From Flavobacteriaceae bacterium (lineage in GTDB: Bacteria > Bacteroidota > Bacteroidia > Flavobacteriales > Flavobacteriaceae), in the NCBI GenBank assembly GCA_965224465.1, contig OZ245049.1, positions 60,001 to 92,000 on the forward strand: 32,000 nucleotides of DNA. The letters are read 5' to 3'. A program made the position numbers and the translations under genes. Position 1 is the stretch's first letter. Each line of letters starts with the position of its first letter. Under the pieces are notes generated by a model that worked only from the letters and a program-made list of their open reading frames with translations, was not told the origin of the DNA and ran no database searches. Shown in pieces: positions 17,501-25,716 of the stretch.

Positions 17501-18251
17501 CTAAGGGAGAGTATTTCTTGTCATGTGCTGCATAGGCATGGAAAATAGAAAATCCCATGTGGATAAACAATTGGTCGGAAGAACAAACTGCTCCTGCCAA
17601 CATCATGTCTGATTTCCCTGTCAATAATTCATCACAAGCCAATTTTATAGCGTATAATGAACTGGCGCAAGCGGCATCTAAATCAAAATTAGTTCCTTTT
17701 AGCCCTAAAGTGTTTTTTACCAACTGAGAGACATCGCCCTGTAAAGGATTGTTTGTTGGAATGTCGTATTCTGTTGCTGGAATTTTAAAATCAGGGTCTT
17801 TTAAAAGGATTTTTAATCCTTTTTCTAGTGTTTTTGTATAAACAGGCGCCAATATTTTATGCGAGGAAGTTGTAGGGAAAGATAAATTTCCGAAAATAAC
17901 ACCGCAAGAATCTAAGGCTTTGGATTTATTCCAATAACCTCCGTCTTGTAAAGCGTCCTTTGTTACTTGTAAACCCCATTGGTAAATTTGGTCTAAATTG
18001 TCGAGGTCATCTCTTCCAAAGTCTTTCGGATCGAATTTATAATCGCGGATATAACCGCCACGAAGGGAATAACAACTGTCTATAATTCCTTTGTCTTTTT
18101 TGTAAAATATGTTTGGGTCGGCACCAAAATCTTCTTTGGTTGCCATGCCTGTCAAATCCTTTTTGTTCATCAGGTTGTTCCAAAACTCTTGCAAGGTTTT
18201 AGATCCTGGGAAAAGGGATGACATTCCGATGATTGCTATTTTTTCTTTCAT
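11565..18251 (-). CDS. pfaC: PUFA synthase subunit with KS-CLF-AT-DH(FabA-like)-DH(FabA-like) domains (PfaB/PfaC-type functions in one 2228-aa protein)
   Basis: The KS has DAACASSLYA, CHATGTPLGD and NMGHMLTAAG. The second KS-like domain lacks the active-site Cys (FTISNGNQGTT; TNIGHTFAASG), which marks it as a CLF. The acyltransferase has GYSMGE (GxSxG). The two FabA-like dehydratase motifs are FPCHFRDDQVLAGS and FTCHFYSDPVMPGS. The ORF-track start at 18305 is a TTG, so I prefer the ATG at 18251 (MKEKIAIIGMS). Confidence 0.9.
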   Translation of the reverse strand: MKEKIAIIGMSSLFPGSKTLQEFWNNLMNKKDLTGMATKEDFGADPNIFYKKDKGIIDSCYSLRGGYIRDYKFDPKDFGRDDLDNLDQIYQWGLQVTKDALQDGGYWNKSKALDSCGVIFGNLSFPTTSSHKILAPVYTKTLEKGLKILLKDPDFKIPATEYDIPTNNPLQGDVSQLVKNTLGLKGTNFDLDAACASSLYAIKLACDELLTGKSDMMLAGAVCSSDQLFIHMGFSIFHAYAAHDKKYSPLDKESSGLVSSEGAGMILLKRLSDAERDGDTIIGVIAGIGLSNDGAGKFLLSPNPKGQTLAYERAYNGSLSKKDTSYIECHATGTPLGDVTEINSLESFFGENPDKIRLGSVKSNMGHMLTAAGMPSLIKVLLSMEHDMIPPGINMGEAIQSENGWFQREQIIEEPLKWETNHKQAAVNSFGFGGTNAHLVVESHNKDAHRPLKATPLKEMAITSMEVHFGDCDNLDHFYQTIFEGKQHFSEMPKNRWKGFEAQSEVMASFGLDTKQAPKGNYIADFDMDLMRYKIQPNEIDTMEPQQALILKVADQAIQKSNLKKGQNVAVLVAMNPELAIHHYLARWDSQWQLDKALAMAGIDLDKTQKTTLLAECRNILYQIGKVQAPSQHTSFVGNIMSSRISALWDFSGPSFTISNGNQGTTRALEVAQNMLSLGEVDAVVVGAVEFSAGMEAVLLRNLVTQVNQNKRPSLSFNADDYGWLIGEGAAAIVLKANEDVSKADTVYAKIEAIGDLDIHPNIALQELVATGFHQEDQLEQAQLIQAKPLNKVALGSVKTNIGHTFAASGLAAIVKTALCVYHQFIPGIPNWKAFKNEALKNSNYYFPSQSRPWVNETAVPRQAMVNLGLQDRVQLSEVIREDKAPINNYLGTHILVLQGNNANELKAQIATLHKNIATTSLNALAQAHFNKEKTLKKSHRIVLIAKDKNALLQDLKFLEKQVDTSFKTGTDLKLPSGTFFTPTPSAAKGDLAFVYPGSATSYEGLGQDLFQFFPQLLHDFETRIPNLKEFFSLNYIFPKKQSTAEQTPPIQKDAISMMSAGVLYATLYTHILRNYFGIKPKAAMGYSMGECSSMWYAFGVWNPSEGTKVFRNSPIFKNKFSGNLEVLADAWNITTTEAKERWQSWILLAKKEDVAAVISKFDKVSITFVNSDKELIISGDKSQCKALISELNCGSILVPFQNIIHNEFCKKEYDGLIEMHNFPLEQRPDIEFYSSLTGKKLPMDSLKIAQNSTEVCYKTVDFPAFAHQMSKNGFSTFVELGPNSTCSNWIKGTLDQKTHASCAIDKKGSSSVQSLFECLAQLIANGIEVDLGLLYPKQQETILKKRFSKKVKTGGRRIYDVLLSEDMKHQFAQIKHLKKEANTPQKTDLKIPITSTNTLEKKRYMIANTTPKTATTIAENGLKLQDYTDPNHLKGKNIIFNKEDLIEFSEGKISNVFGAEYNVIDQYKRRVMLPMDPYLLVSRVTGLNAKLGEYKPSTMQTEYDIPYNSGYATDTQIPWAVSVESGQCDLMLISYLGIDLENKGDYVYRLLDCTLTFTDDLPFEGQTLRYDISINSFVRNGRNLLFFFSYECFVEDRLVLKMTNGVAGFFTDEELSKGNGVVYTEAEKKILAGVEKKKFIPFLTTKKTAFDIQDLRHLINGDAHTCFDDISYFPNGKNKSIRLAPEKMLMLDRITKADVHGGPYGLGEIIAEKDLSPDDWYFPCHFRDDQVLAGSLQAEGGGNLLRFFMMMLGLQRLKKDARFQPIYGVAQKVRCRKEVTPNDKKLMYRLVIKDIGLLPDPYVIGDLEIIVDGVITVHFADLGLQIREKDNPKYLEQPKKITENVLLNEQDIETFALGRLADCFGPEYAVYDNRALSRQPNTDLQVVSRVIKIDGERFNFKKATNIWTEYDVPADAWYYTQNASMTMPYAILMEIALQPCGLLGAYLGSTLQFPDKDLYFRNLDGDGEMIDLPAGTDFRGKVIHNKATLTSSTALGGFVIQKYLFEVSVDGYVFYKGFSSFGFFPKEALAQQVGLDNGKDVPAWYVQNKLTPKDYFQIKLDSLYAKMKLYKENDPTNTFRLSTDQLNLLDSGLLVKDGGEFGKGYIHCSKAIHTYDWFFTCHFYSDPVMPGSLGVEAISQAMQLFALQQDLGKDFKKPRFVQVANNKTEWKYRGQIKVNVENMHLEVHFKTIEKREDTLVIIANAYLWNEGTRIYQLTDLAIGIQEA

Positions 18252-18329
18252 TTTTTTAATGGTTGGACGGTTGGGGTATTTGGATTTGGTTGGGGCGTAT
18301 TGCAATACGCCCTTATTTTATACATTGGC

Positions 18330-20618
18330 TTACCATTTTAATCCAGGTGATACCGTTAATCCTGCGCCTTGTGTGAATAAAAATACCTGTCCGTTTGTAT
18401 CGTACACAGTACAATCTGCGAACATTTTTGACACTGTATTTTCTTGTATTTTGATATGTACATAAAAACTGGTGTTGGCAGGAATATCTCCATAGACCAA
18501 TCCTTTTAATGTTTGTAAAGGCAAACTGTTGGCACCTTGGTGATATTTCTGTACCCAGACCACCATTCCTTGGTATTGTATGTCTAAGAAAAAGGCATTT
18601 AAACTGGTGGTTGGAAATTGCCCTTGGTCTTTATAAGAAACCTCAGGGGCTTTACATTTTAATACCATTTCTTGTTGGTTCATTAATACGACCTCTTCAA
18701 TACCTTGGTAAAAAGCGCCGTGAAATAAGGAACCATCCTTGTAGTATTGTGCACCTTTTATTTTTTCTCCACTTAATTGAGGGGCTTTAAATGTTGGTTT
18801 CTCCGCTCTCTTACGATCTAAGGTTACCGTTGCACGATAATGATTTAAAGGCAGTTTAGCGCCTTTGCTATAAATGGTTACTTCACAAACAATGCTATCC
18901 GCAGTTTTAGTGATTTCCTTTACATCTGTGAAATAGTATTCTTTTTCTGTTCCATCGAAAACGATGCCTTTAAACAATTTCACATTTTCGATACCTGCTA
19001 ATTGGTAATCAGGGAATAATTTGACACAAGAATCTGCCATCCATGCCGTTGCATTTACCATTGGCAATACGGGGTTTCCTTGAATCACATGGTGGTGTAA
19101 GAAATTATTATCGGCAAGTGCTAATTGTCGTTGAATGGTATGTGTTTTAGGTTCTCCAGAAATATCTGAAATTCCTGCAGGCAAGGTGCCTCCAATAATT
19201 ACTTGTGGTTGGTTGTGATATGCGCCATTCAATTCCTGTACAAAACGTGCCGCTCCTCCTGGATGATTTACCAAGGAAACACCCGCTTCTTCAAACATTT
19301 TTTGCAATGCTGGACTTACCATTCCGCCTTCCCAAGCACCCCAATTGATGGCAGTAACCTTGGTATTTGGATGGTTGGTACTAAATAGATGTGCTGCAGT
19401 ACTTAAAATCTCATTTGCCATTGCATAATCGGACTGTCCAACGTTTCCGTAAAAACCAGCGACTGAAGAGAACATGATAAGGTGTTTCAATTCGTTGATA
19501 TTGACCATTTTTAATAGCTGTAACAAACCGTCTAATTTTACAGACGTTACATTGTCAAAGATCTCTTCTGTTTTATCTTGAATTAATTTATCTGCTAAAC
19601 GACCGGCACCATGAATAATTCCGGTAATTTTCCCCCATTGTTTTTCTATTTTTAATAGTTGAGGTTTGATGTTGAGGTTGGTAACATCACCCGCAACATA
19701 TACAGCGTCACCACCGTTTTCTTTGATGATGGCAATGGTTTCTTCAATTTCTTTTTTGGCAGTGAATTTGCTAAAAGTACGGTTCAATGCTTTGATAGAA
19801 ACTTTTTCTCCGCTGGATTTCATGGCTTGCATGATGGCAGCTTTAAGTTTCGCAGGATCGTTTTCATTTATAGCATATGTTGGGAGTTCAAAATCCAAGG
19901 AAGACCTTCCTACTAAAATAAATTTGGAATGGAATGCCTTGTTCAGCTCCTTAATACAAGTTGCCGTTACACCACGACCACCACCAGCGACTAAAAACAC
20001 ATCTTTATCGGTCACGGTTTGTTGATAGGCTTGGTCCGTAGGAACTTCATTCAGTTGCACATCGTAGGTGCTTCTACCTTGTTTGTTGATAGCAACATCT
20101 ACATAACGCAGATCTGCATCGTGTAATTCTAAGAATAAATGAGTTGCGATTGCTGTTGCGGACAATTCTGGTTGTACATCTACCGCTCTACAAAATACGG
20201 GAGACCATTCTAAATTCATACATTTTGTCAATCCAGACAAACCACCTGCAATAATAGACATGTCAGAGCGTTTGCCCATTCCAAATTTCCCGTCCAAACG
20301 AGATACCGTCATAAAAGCAGTACGTTGGGTCTTGCTATTGGCATTTAAAGGAGCTTGTAAATACTTAGCCAATAAGAAAGTCGCTTTTAATAAGGCGCGT
20401 TCTTCCGTAAAATGTTGGGTAAAATTATGACCAGTAAATGTAAAATGTGGATGCAAATAGATAAAAGCACCAATTGTTTGTTTCGCGAGAATGCTATCTA
20501 TAGCGGTTTTGATGTTTTGATCGTTTATTTGTGGAATAACAACCGTATTTTGTAAGGAAGTGTTTTTCTGAAACCCATCGAATTGTAGTACGATTACTGT
20601 ATGTCCTTCACGTTCCAA
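18330..20618 (-). CDS. pfaA: Ketoreductase plus PKS-type dehydratase (the KR-DH portion of canonical PfaA), present as a separate ORF
   Basis: The KR has a Rossmann motif VFLVAGGGRGVT and the catalytic SDYAMANE. The DH has HHVIQGNPVLP (HxxxGxxxxP). The annotated start at 20618 is a TTG. The frame stays open upstream to 20849 with no ATG/GTG/TTG, and encodes conserved-looking sequence (..LLPVVITDEGSELTIAV..). See the A10 finding. Confidence 0.85.
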   Translation of the reverse strand: MEREGHTVIVLQFDGFQKNTSLQNTVVIPQINDQNIKTAIDSILAKQTIGAFIYLHPHFTFTGHNFTQHFTEERALLKATFLLAKYLQAPLNANSKTQRTAFMTVSRLDGKFGMGKRSDMSIIAGGLSGLTKCMNLEWSPVFCRAVDVQPELSATAIATHLFLELHDADLRYVDVAINKQGRSTYDVQLNEVPTDQAYQQTVTDKDVFLVAGGGRGVTATCIKELNKAFHSKFILVGRSSLDFELPTYAINENDPAKLKAAIMQAMKSSGEKVSIKALNRTFSKFTAKKEIEETIAIIKENGGDAVYVAGDVTNLNIKPQLLKIEKQWGKITGIIHGAGRLADKLIQDKTEEIFDNVTSVKLDGLLQLLKMVNINELKHLIMFSSVAGFYGNVGQSDYAMANEILSTAAHLFSTNHPNTKVTAINWGAWEGGMVSPALQKMFEEAGVSLVNHPGGAARFVQELNGAYHNQPQVIIGGTLPAGISDISGEPKTHTIQRQLALADNNFLHHHVIQGNPVLPMVNATAWMADSCVKLFPDYQLAGIENVKLFKGIVFDGTEKEYYFTDVKEITKTADSIVCEVTIYSKGAKLPLNHYRATVTLDRKRAEKPTFKAPQLSGEKIKGAQYYKDGSLFHGAFYQGIEEVVLMNQQEMVLKCKAPEVSYKDQGQFPTTSLNAFFLDIQYQGMVVWVQKYHQGANSLPLQTLKGLVYGDIPANTSFYVHIKIQENTVSKMFADCTVYDTNGQVFLFTQGAGLTVSPGLKW

Positions 20619-20824
20619 TTTGGATTTTACAGCGATTGTTAATTCGCTTCCTTCATCGGTAATAACTACAGGTAGTAGGCTAGGGATGTGTTGTACTAAG
20701 AAATCTACTTTAGGAATAAATTTTATAGCGATAGATTTTCGGGGTACTTTGTGAAAGTTAGTAGGTAAGGAGAAGTCCTGTGTCGGTATCTTCTCCTCAC
20801 GTACTGTATTGTTTGGGGCTAAGC

Positions 20825-23800
20825 TTAGACTAGGCTTGGACTTTTTTTTTTACTTGAAATTCCTGCCTTTTCAGAAATATAATCTACAATTTCTTGTAAG
20901 GTTCTCAATTCTGTAAGATCGTTTGGATTGATGTCCGTTAATTTATCAGATTGCTCTGTAATGGCACCAAAGATCTCTACACGTTTGATAGAATCGATTC
21001 CTAAATCAGCTTCCATATCCATGCTCAATTCTAACATCTCCGCAGGATAACCAGTTTTCTCAGCAACTACGCTTAACATTAAGTCTAGCATTTCTGAGTT
21101 TCCAGCAGTAGGAGCAGCAGTTTCAACAACAGGTGTTGCTACAGGAGCCGCAGCTGTTGGAGTGGTTGCAGTTGTTGCAATTCCCGCTTTTGCAGAAATA
21201 TAATCTACAATTTCTTGTAGGGTTCTCAATTCAGTAAGATCGTTAGGATTGATGTCCGTTAATTTATCAGATTGCTCTGTAATGGCACCAAAGATCTCAA
21301 CACGTTTGATAGAATCGATTCCTAAATCAGCTTCCATATCCATGCTCAATTCTAACATCTCCGCAGGATAACCAGTTTTCTCAGCAACTACGCTTAACAT
21401 TAAGTCTAGCATTTCTGAGTTTCCAGCAGCAGGAGCAGCAGTTTCAACAACAGGCGTTGCTACAGGAGCTGCAGCTGTTGGAGTGGTTGTAGTTGTTGCA
21501 ATTCCCGCTTTGGCAGAAATATAATCTACAATTTCTTGTAAGGTTCTCAATTCAGTAAGATCGTTAGGATTGATGTCCGTTAATTTATCAGATTGCTCTG
21601 TAATGGCACCAAAGATCTCAACACGTTTGATAGAGTCGATTCCTAAATCAGCTTCCATATCCATGCTCAATTCTAACATCTCTGCAGGATAACCAGTTTT
21701 CTCAGCAACTACGCTTAACATTAAGTCTAGCATTTCTGAGTTTCCAGCAGTAGGAGCAGCAGTTTCAACAACAGGTGTTGCTACAGGAGCCGCAGCTGTT
21801 GGAGTGGGAGTGGTTGCAGTTGTTGCAATCCCCGCTTTGGCAGAAATATAATCTACAATTTCTTGTAAGGTTCTCAATTCAGTAAGATCGTTAGGATTGA
21901 TGTCCGTTAATTTATCAGATTGCTCTGTGATGGCACCAAATATCTCAACACGTTTGATAGAGTCGATTCCTAAATCAGCTTCCATATCCATGCTCAATTC
22001 TAACATCTCCGCAGGATAACCAGTTTTCTCAGCAACTACGCTTAACATTAAGTCTAGCATTTCTGAGTTTCCAGCAGTAGGAGCAGCAGTTTCAACAACA
22101 GGTGTTGCTACAGGAGCCGCAGCTGTTGGAGTGGGAGTGGTTGCAGTTGTTGCAATCCCCGCTTTGGCAGAAATATAATCTACAATTTCTTGTAGGGTTC
22201 TCAATTCAGTAAGGTCGTTAGGATTGATGTCCGTTAATTTATCAGATTGCTCTGTAATGGCACCAAAGATCTCAACACGTTTGATAGAGTCGATTCCTAA
22301 ATCAGCTTCCATATCCATGCTCAATTCTAACATCTCTGCAGGATAACCAGTTTTCTCAGCAACTACGCTTAGCATTAAGTCTAGCATTTCTGAGTTTCCA
22401 GTAGTAGGAGCAGCGGTTTTAACAACAGGTGTTGCAATTGGAGCTGTCGGAGTAACTGTAGCCGTAGTTTGAACAGGTATAGGAGTTACGATGGTTTCTG
22501 TTATCGGTGTCGCTACTGTTGGAGTTTCAATAACTAAAGGAGCAGCAGGAGCTTCTAAAATATTCTGATCCGCTGTAAAATTACCAGATAACAGGGATAA
22601 TAATTGAGCAGTTTGCTTGTTTTGTTCCATTAAAATAGTTTGGAACATATCCAATGTCTTGGATTGGTTTTCTTTAATGCCATCGATGGCACTTTTAATA
22701 ACATCTACCCTCATATCGTCTTCTGTATCTTGTTCAGTACTAATTTCACTTATATAGGTGGGAACTTCCTTGATCACTTCTTTGATCACTTCTACTTCCT
22801 TAATCACTTCTACCGTTTTAATAATTTCTGTAGCAGTGCTTATTTTAAATCCGTTATTTAAAACGTCTTGATACGCTTTTTGCGTAGCAGGACTTACATA
22901 ATTGTTTCCTGCAATTCTCACTGCCATTTTAGGTTGGGCTAGCGGAGTAGCTTCTTTACGAGCATTGGTATCAATAGCTCCCAATTCACATCCTAAAACT
23001 TGCAATTGTAGCGCAGCTTCTCTAATTTGTAAATCACTGTTTTTAGCAGCTTTCGCATTGGTAGCTATGACAAAATGTTCTTTGTCTGCTAAGATATCTT
23101 TTACCAAGTTTGATAAAATAGACTTGGGACCAAATTCAACAAAAACTCTGGCTCCAGCAGCATACATATTTTCAATTTCACTTTTAAAATCCACGGAGTT
23201 TAAAATGTGTTGTGAAAGGATATTTTTGATGCTACTTGTTTCGGTAGGATATGCTTTTCCTGTAGAATTTGAATACACAGGAATTGTTGGACTTTTAAAT
23301 GGTATTGCTTTTATATTTTTTTCAAAAGGCTTTTGTGCATGTCTCACGCAATCGGTATGGAAAGCGGCAGAGACAGGTAATAAAACAGAGCGGTATTTTT
23401 TACTGTCTAAAAGTGCTTTTGCTTTTGTGATGCCTTCTGTGGTTCCACCTAAAACGATTTGGTTTGACGAATTGATGTTTGCAATAGAAACCCCAGTAAT
23501 ACTTTTGATTAAAGGTTGGATTTCACTAGCAGCAGCTTTTACGGCTAGCATCGTACCCGCGTCTCCACTTGTACTTTTACTTGCCATGGCTTTACCACGA
23601 GCAATGGCTAAGGTCATGTAGTCGTTTTCGCTCAGTACGCCCGATGCACAAAGTGCGGTAAGCTCACCAAAACTATGACCAGCGACCATGTCGGTTGTAA
23701 AACCAGCATTTTTAAATACCTTATAGTATCCTAAACTAATGGCACCTATTGCAGGTTGTGCAAATTCTGTATTGGTAATATTTTTTTCTAATGTTGCTTT

Positions 23801-25711
23801 GTCTGTATCGTTAAAAACAGGTTTTGGATATATTTTATTGGCTAAATCAAAGCCTTTTTTAGCATCAAAAGCAGCAATGGTTTGTTGGATAGTTTCAAAA
23901 CTACTCGTTGCTTCTTTTGCCATGTTCGCATATTGAGAACCTTGACCTGAGAACAAAGACGCCACTTTTAGGGTCTTAGAGATTCCGTTAGGTCTAAAGA
24001 AGATTCCTTTGGGATGTGACCACTCTTTCGAGTTGTTTTCTAATTGTTTTACGGTGATTTCCAATTTAGAAATACAGTCACTTAAAGATTCAGCAACAAA
24101 ACCTACACGTGCTTCGTGTTGTTTTGCGGTACCTTGTTTAGAACTTTCTTTTAAATTGTAAAATGCAGTAGTTAGCTCTTTTGAATTTAAAGCTATAATC
24201 GTATTTTTAATGTTTTTTAGCAATTCAGTAGCATTCGCAGCTTTTATGTAAATGCTGTGAAAGGCTTGGTGCATTCTATCGGTAAACGAAGTGTTGTTTT
24301 GATACTCTTCCATGGCAAAGTGCACGTTGACTCCACCAAAACCAAAAGCAGATACACCAGCTCTACGCGGTGTTCCATTTTTGAACCAAGGTCTGGTTTC
24401 TGAGTTTACATAAAAAGGAGATTTTTCAATCCCAAATTTTTCATGAGGTTTGGTAACATTAATAGTTCCGGGCAATACTTTATGATACAATGCCAAGGCA
24501 GCTTTGATCATTCCAGCAGCACCAGCGGCTGATTTTGTATGTCCAATTTGAGATTTTACAGAACCAATTCCAATATGGTTTTTCTCGGTGTTATTTTTAC
24601 CAAACACCATGGTCATTGATTCAAATTCAGCAGCATCTCCAGCACCAGTTGCCGTACCGTGACCTTCGATTAATTTAACGGTAGAGGCATCATAACCAGC
24701 TTCGTCATAAGCACGTTGCATGGCTAAGGCTTGTCCGTGAGGACGCGGAGCGTATACAGATTTATAGCGGCCATCACTTGAAGAACCTACACCCGTAATT
24801 AAACCGTAAATACGGTCTCCATCACGTTCTGCATCTTCCAATCTTTTTAAGACCAACATTCCAATTCCTTCTCCAATCAACATTCCGTCTGAATCGGTGT
24901 CAAAAGGACGAATGCTTCCTTTTAGTGAAAAAGCAGGAGTTTTTGAGAAGGACATATACATAAAAGGAGAGTTGTCTGTATCGACACCTCCAGTTAACAT
25001 CATATCACATCTTCCTTCGATCAATTCAGATACAGCCATTTTAATAGCCGAAAGTGAAGCAGCACAGGCAGCATCCACAACAGAATTAATTCCTCCTAAA
25101 TCAAAACGATTGGTAATACGACCAGAGATCACATTTCCTAACATACCAGGGAAAGAATTTTCATTCCATCCAATATATGCTTTTTTCATTTTTTCGATGA
25201 TATGTGGAATATCAGCATCGCTAATTCCACTGCTTTTTAAGGCGCGTTCCCAAATAGGAGTTTGCAATCTAGAGGTAAGGGGAGTGATTAGCTTTTGCCC
25301 ACCACCAACACCTAAGATGACACCAGTTTTTTCTTTTAATAAAGCGGTAAATTTATCAGATTTTCTACCATAACCTGCATCTTCAAAAGCATCTCTAGCA
25401 CCTACAAGTGACAGTAATTGAGAAACATCTGTTACCTCTAAAATATTTGGAGGCAAGCCAAATTCCATGGGGTTGAAGTCTACATCTGGAATAAAACCAC
25501 CTTTTTTACAATAGGTTTTATCTGCCTTTCTAGGGTCGGCATCGTAATAATCTTCTATTTTCCAACGCGATGCTGGTACATCAATAATACTATCTTTTTG
25601 TGAGATAATATTATTCCAAAACTCGGCTACATTACTTGCATCCGCAAACATTGCAGACATACCAATAATGGCGACAGGTGTTTTTTTAAGTGAACTGTTA
25701 AAGTGGTCCAT
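20825..25711 (-). CDS. pfaA: PUFA synthase PfaA N-terminal part: KS-MAT-5xACP (1628 aa from the ATG at 25711)
   Basis: The KS has DAACAASLSA (Cys codon at 25066-25064), HGTATGAGD and GHTKSAAG. The MAT has GQGSQYANM and GHSFGE. There are five tandem ACPs, each with LGIDSIKRVEI. The ORF-track start at 25780 overlaps the TetR gene, whereas MDHFNSSLKKTPVAIIGMS begins at the ATG at 25711. Confidence 0.9.
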   Translation of the reverse strand: MDHFNSSLKKTPVAIIGMSAMFADASNVAEFWNNIISQKDSIIDVPASRWKIEDYYDADPRKADKTYCKKGGFIPDVDFNPMEFGLPPNILEVTDVSQLLSLVGARDAFEDAGYGRKSDKFTALLKEKTGVILGVGGGQKLITPLTSRLQTPIWERALKSSGISDADIPHIIEKMKKAYIGWNENSFPGMLGNVISGRITNRFDLGGINSVVDAACAASLSAIKMAVSELIEGRCDMMLTGGVDTDNSPFMYMSFSKTPAFSLKGSIRPFDTDSDGMLIGEGIGMLVLKRLEDAERDGDRIYGLITGVGSSSDGRYKSVYAPRPHGQALAMQRAYDEAGYDASTVKLIEGHGTATGAGDAAEFESMTMVFGKNNTEKNHIGIGSVKSQIGHTKSAAGAAGMIKAALALYHKVLPGTINVTKPHEKFGIEKSPFYVNSETRPWFKNGTPRRAGVSAFGFGGVNVHFAMEEYQNNTSFTDRMHQAFHSIYIKAANATELLKNIKNTIIALNSKELTTAFYNLKESSKQGTAKQHEARVGFVAESLSDCISKLEITVKQLENNSKEWSHPKGIFFRPNGISKTLKVASLFSGQGSQYANMAKEATSSFETIQQTIAAFDAKKGFDLANKIYPKPVFNDTDKATLEKNITNTEFAQPAIGAISLGYYKVFKNAGFTTDMVAGHSFGELTALCASGVLSENDYMTLAIARGKAMASKSTSGDAGTMLAVKAAASEIQPLIKSITGVSIANINSSNQIVLGGTTEGITKAKALLDSKKYRSVLLPVSAAFHTDCVRHAQKPFEKNIKAIPFKSPTIPVYSNSTGKAYPTETSSIKNILSQHILNSVDFKSEIENMYAAGARVFVEFGPKSILSNLVKDILADKEHFVIATNAKAAKNSDLQIREAALQLQVLGCELGAIDTNARKEATPLAQPKMAVRIAGNNYVSPATQKAYQDVLNNGFKISTATEIIKTVEVIKEVEVIKEVIKEVPTYISEISTEQDTEDDMRVDVIKSAIDGIKENQSKTLDMFQTILMEQNKQTAQLLSLLSGNFTADQNILEAPAAPLVIETPTVATPITETIVTPIPVQTTATVTPTAPIATPVVKTAAPTTGNSEMLDLMLSVVAEKTGYPAEMLELSMDMEADLGIDSIKRVEIFGAITEQSDKLTDINPNDLTELRTLQEIVDYISAKAGIATTATTPTPTAAAPVATPVVETAAPTAGNSEMLDLMLSVVAEKTGYPAEMLELSMDMEADLGIDSIKRVEIFGAITEQSDKLTDINPNDLTELRTLQEIVDYISAKAGIATTATTPTPTAAAPVATPVVETAAPTAGNSEMLDLMLSVVAEKTGYPAEMLELSMDMEADLGIDSIKRVEIFGAITEQSDKLTDINPNDLTELRTLQEIVDYISAKAGIATTTTTPTAAAPVATPVVETAAPAAGNSEMLDLMLSVVAEKTGYPAEMLELSMDMEADLGIDSIKRVEIFGAITEQSDKLTDINPNDLTELRTLQEIVDYISAKAGIATTATTPTAAAPVATPVVETAAPTAGNSEMLDLMLSVVAEKTGYPAEMLELSMDMEADLGIDSIKRVEIFGAITEQSDKLTDINPNDLTELRTLQEIVDYISEKAGISSKKKSPSLV
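20842..20851 (-). other. A10 homopolymer (T10 on the + strand) at the junction of the two pfaA reading frames; candidate slippage or frameshift site
   Basis: The coding strand reads AGT AAA AAA AAA AGT CCA AGC CTA GTC TAA in the KS-MAT-ACP frame. The -1 frame through the same run reads AAA AAA AAG TCC AAG CCT and continues uninterrupted into the KR-DH ORF. Confidence 0.8.
20855..22440 (-). repeat. Five near-identical tandem ACP-plus-linker coding repeats (periods 321, 321, 327, 327 bp)
   Basis: The landmark cagaaatataatctacaatttcttgta recurs at 20872, 21193, 21514, 21841 and 22168. Units differ mainly by a 6-bp indel in the Ala/Pro/Thr linker (TPTPTAAAP versus TPTAAAP) and by scattered substitutions. 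Confidence 0.9.
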
Positions 25712-25716
25712 ATATG

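Noticed and set aside
20855-22440. Regular ~321-327-bp tandem repeats that could superficially suggest a CRISPR-like or satellite array
   Set aside because: The repeats are in frame within pfaA, and each encodes an ACP domain with the LGIDS phosphopantetheine site. The period is far larger than CRISPR repeat-spacer units, and there are no unique spacers.
10459-25373. Many plus-strand ORFs of 60-240 aa inside the pfa genes (for example 10459-10746, 11614-11880, 14731-15027, 15250-15513, 18109-18465, 19666-20025, 22902-23621, 24897-25373)
   Set aside because: All lie antisense within long minus-strand CDSs that carry unmistakable PKS/FAS motifs. Their translations are low-complexity or hydrophobic shadows without motifs. 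They are treated as frame shadows, not genes.
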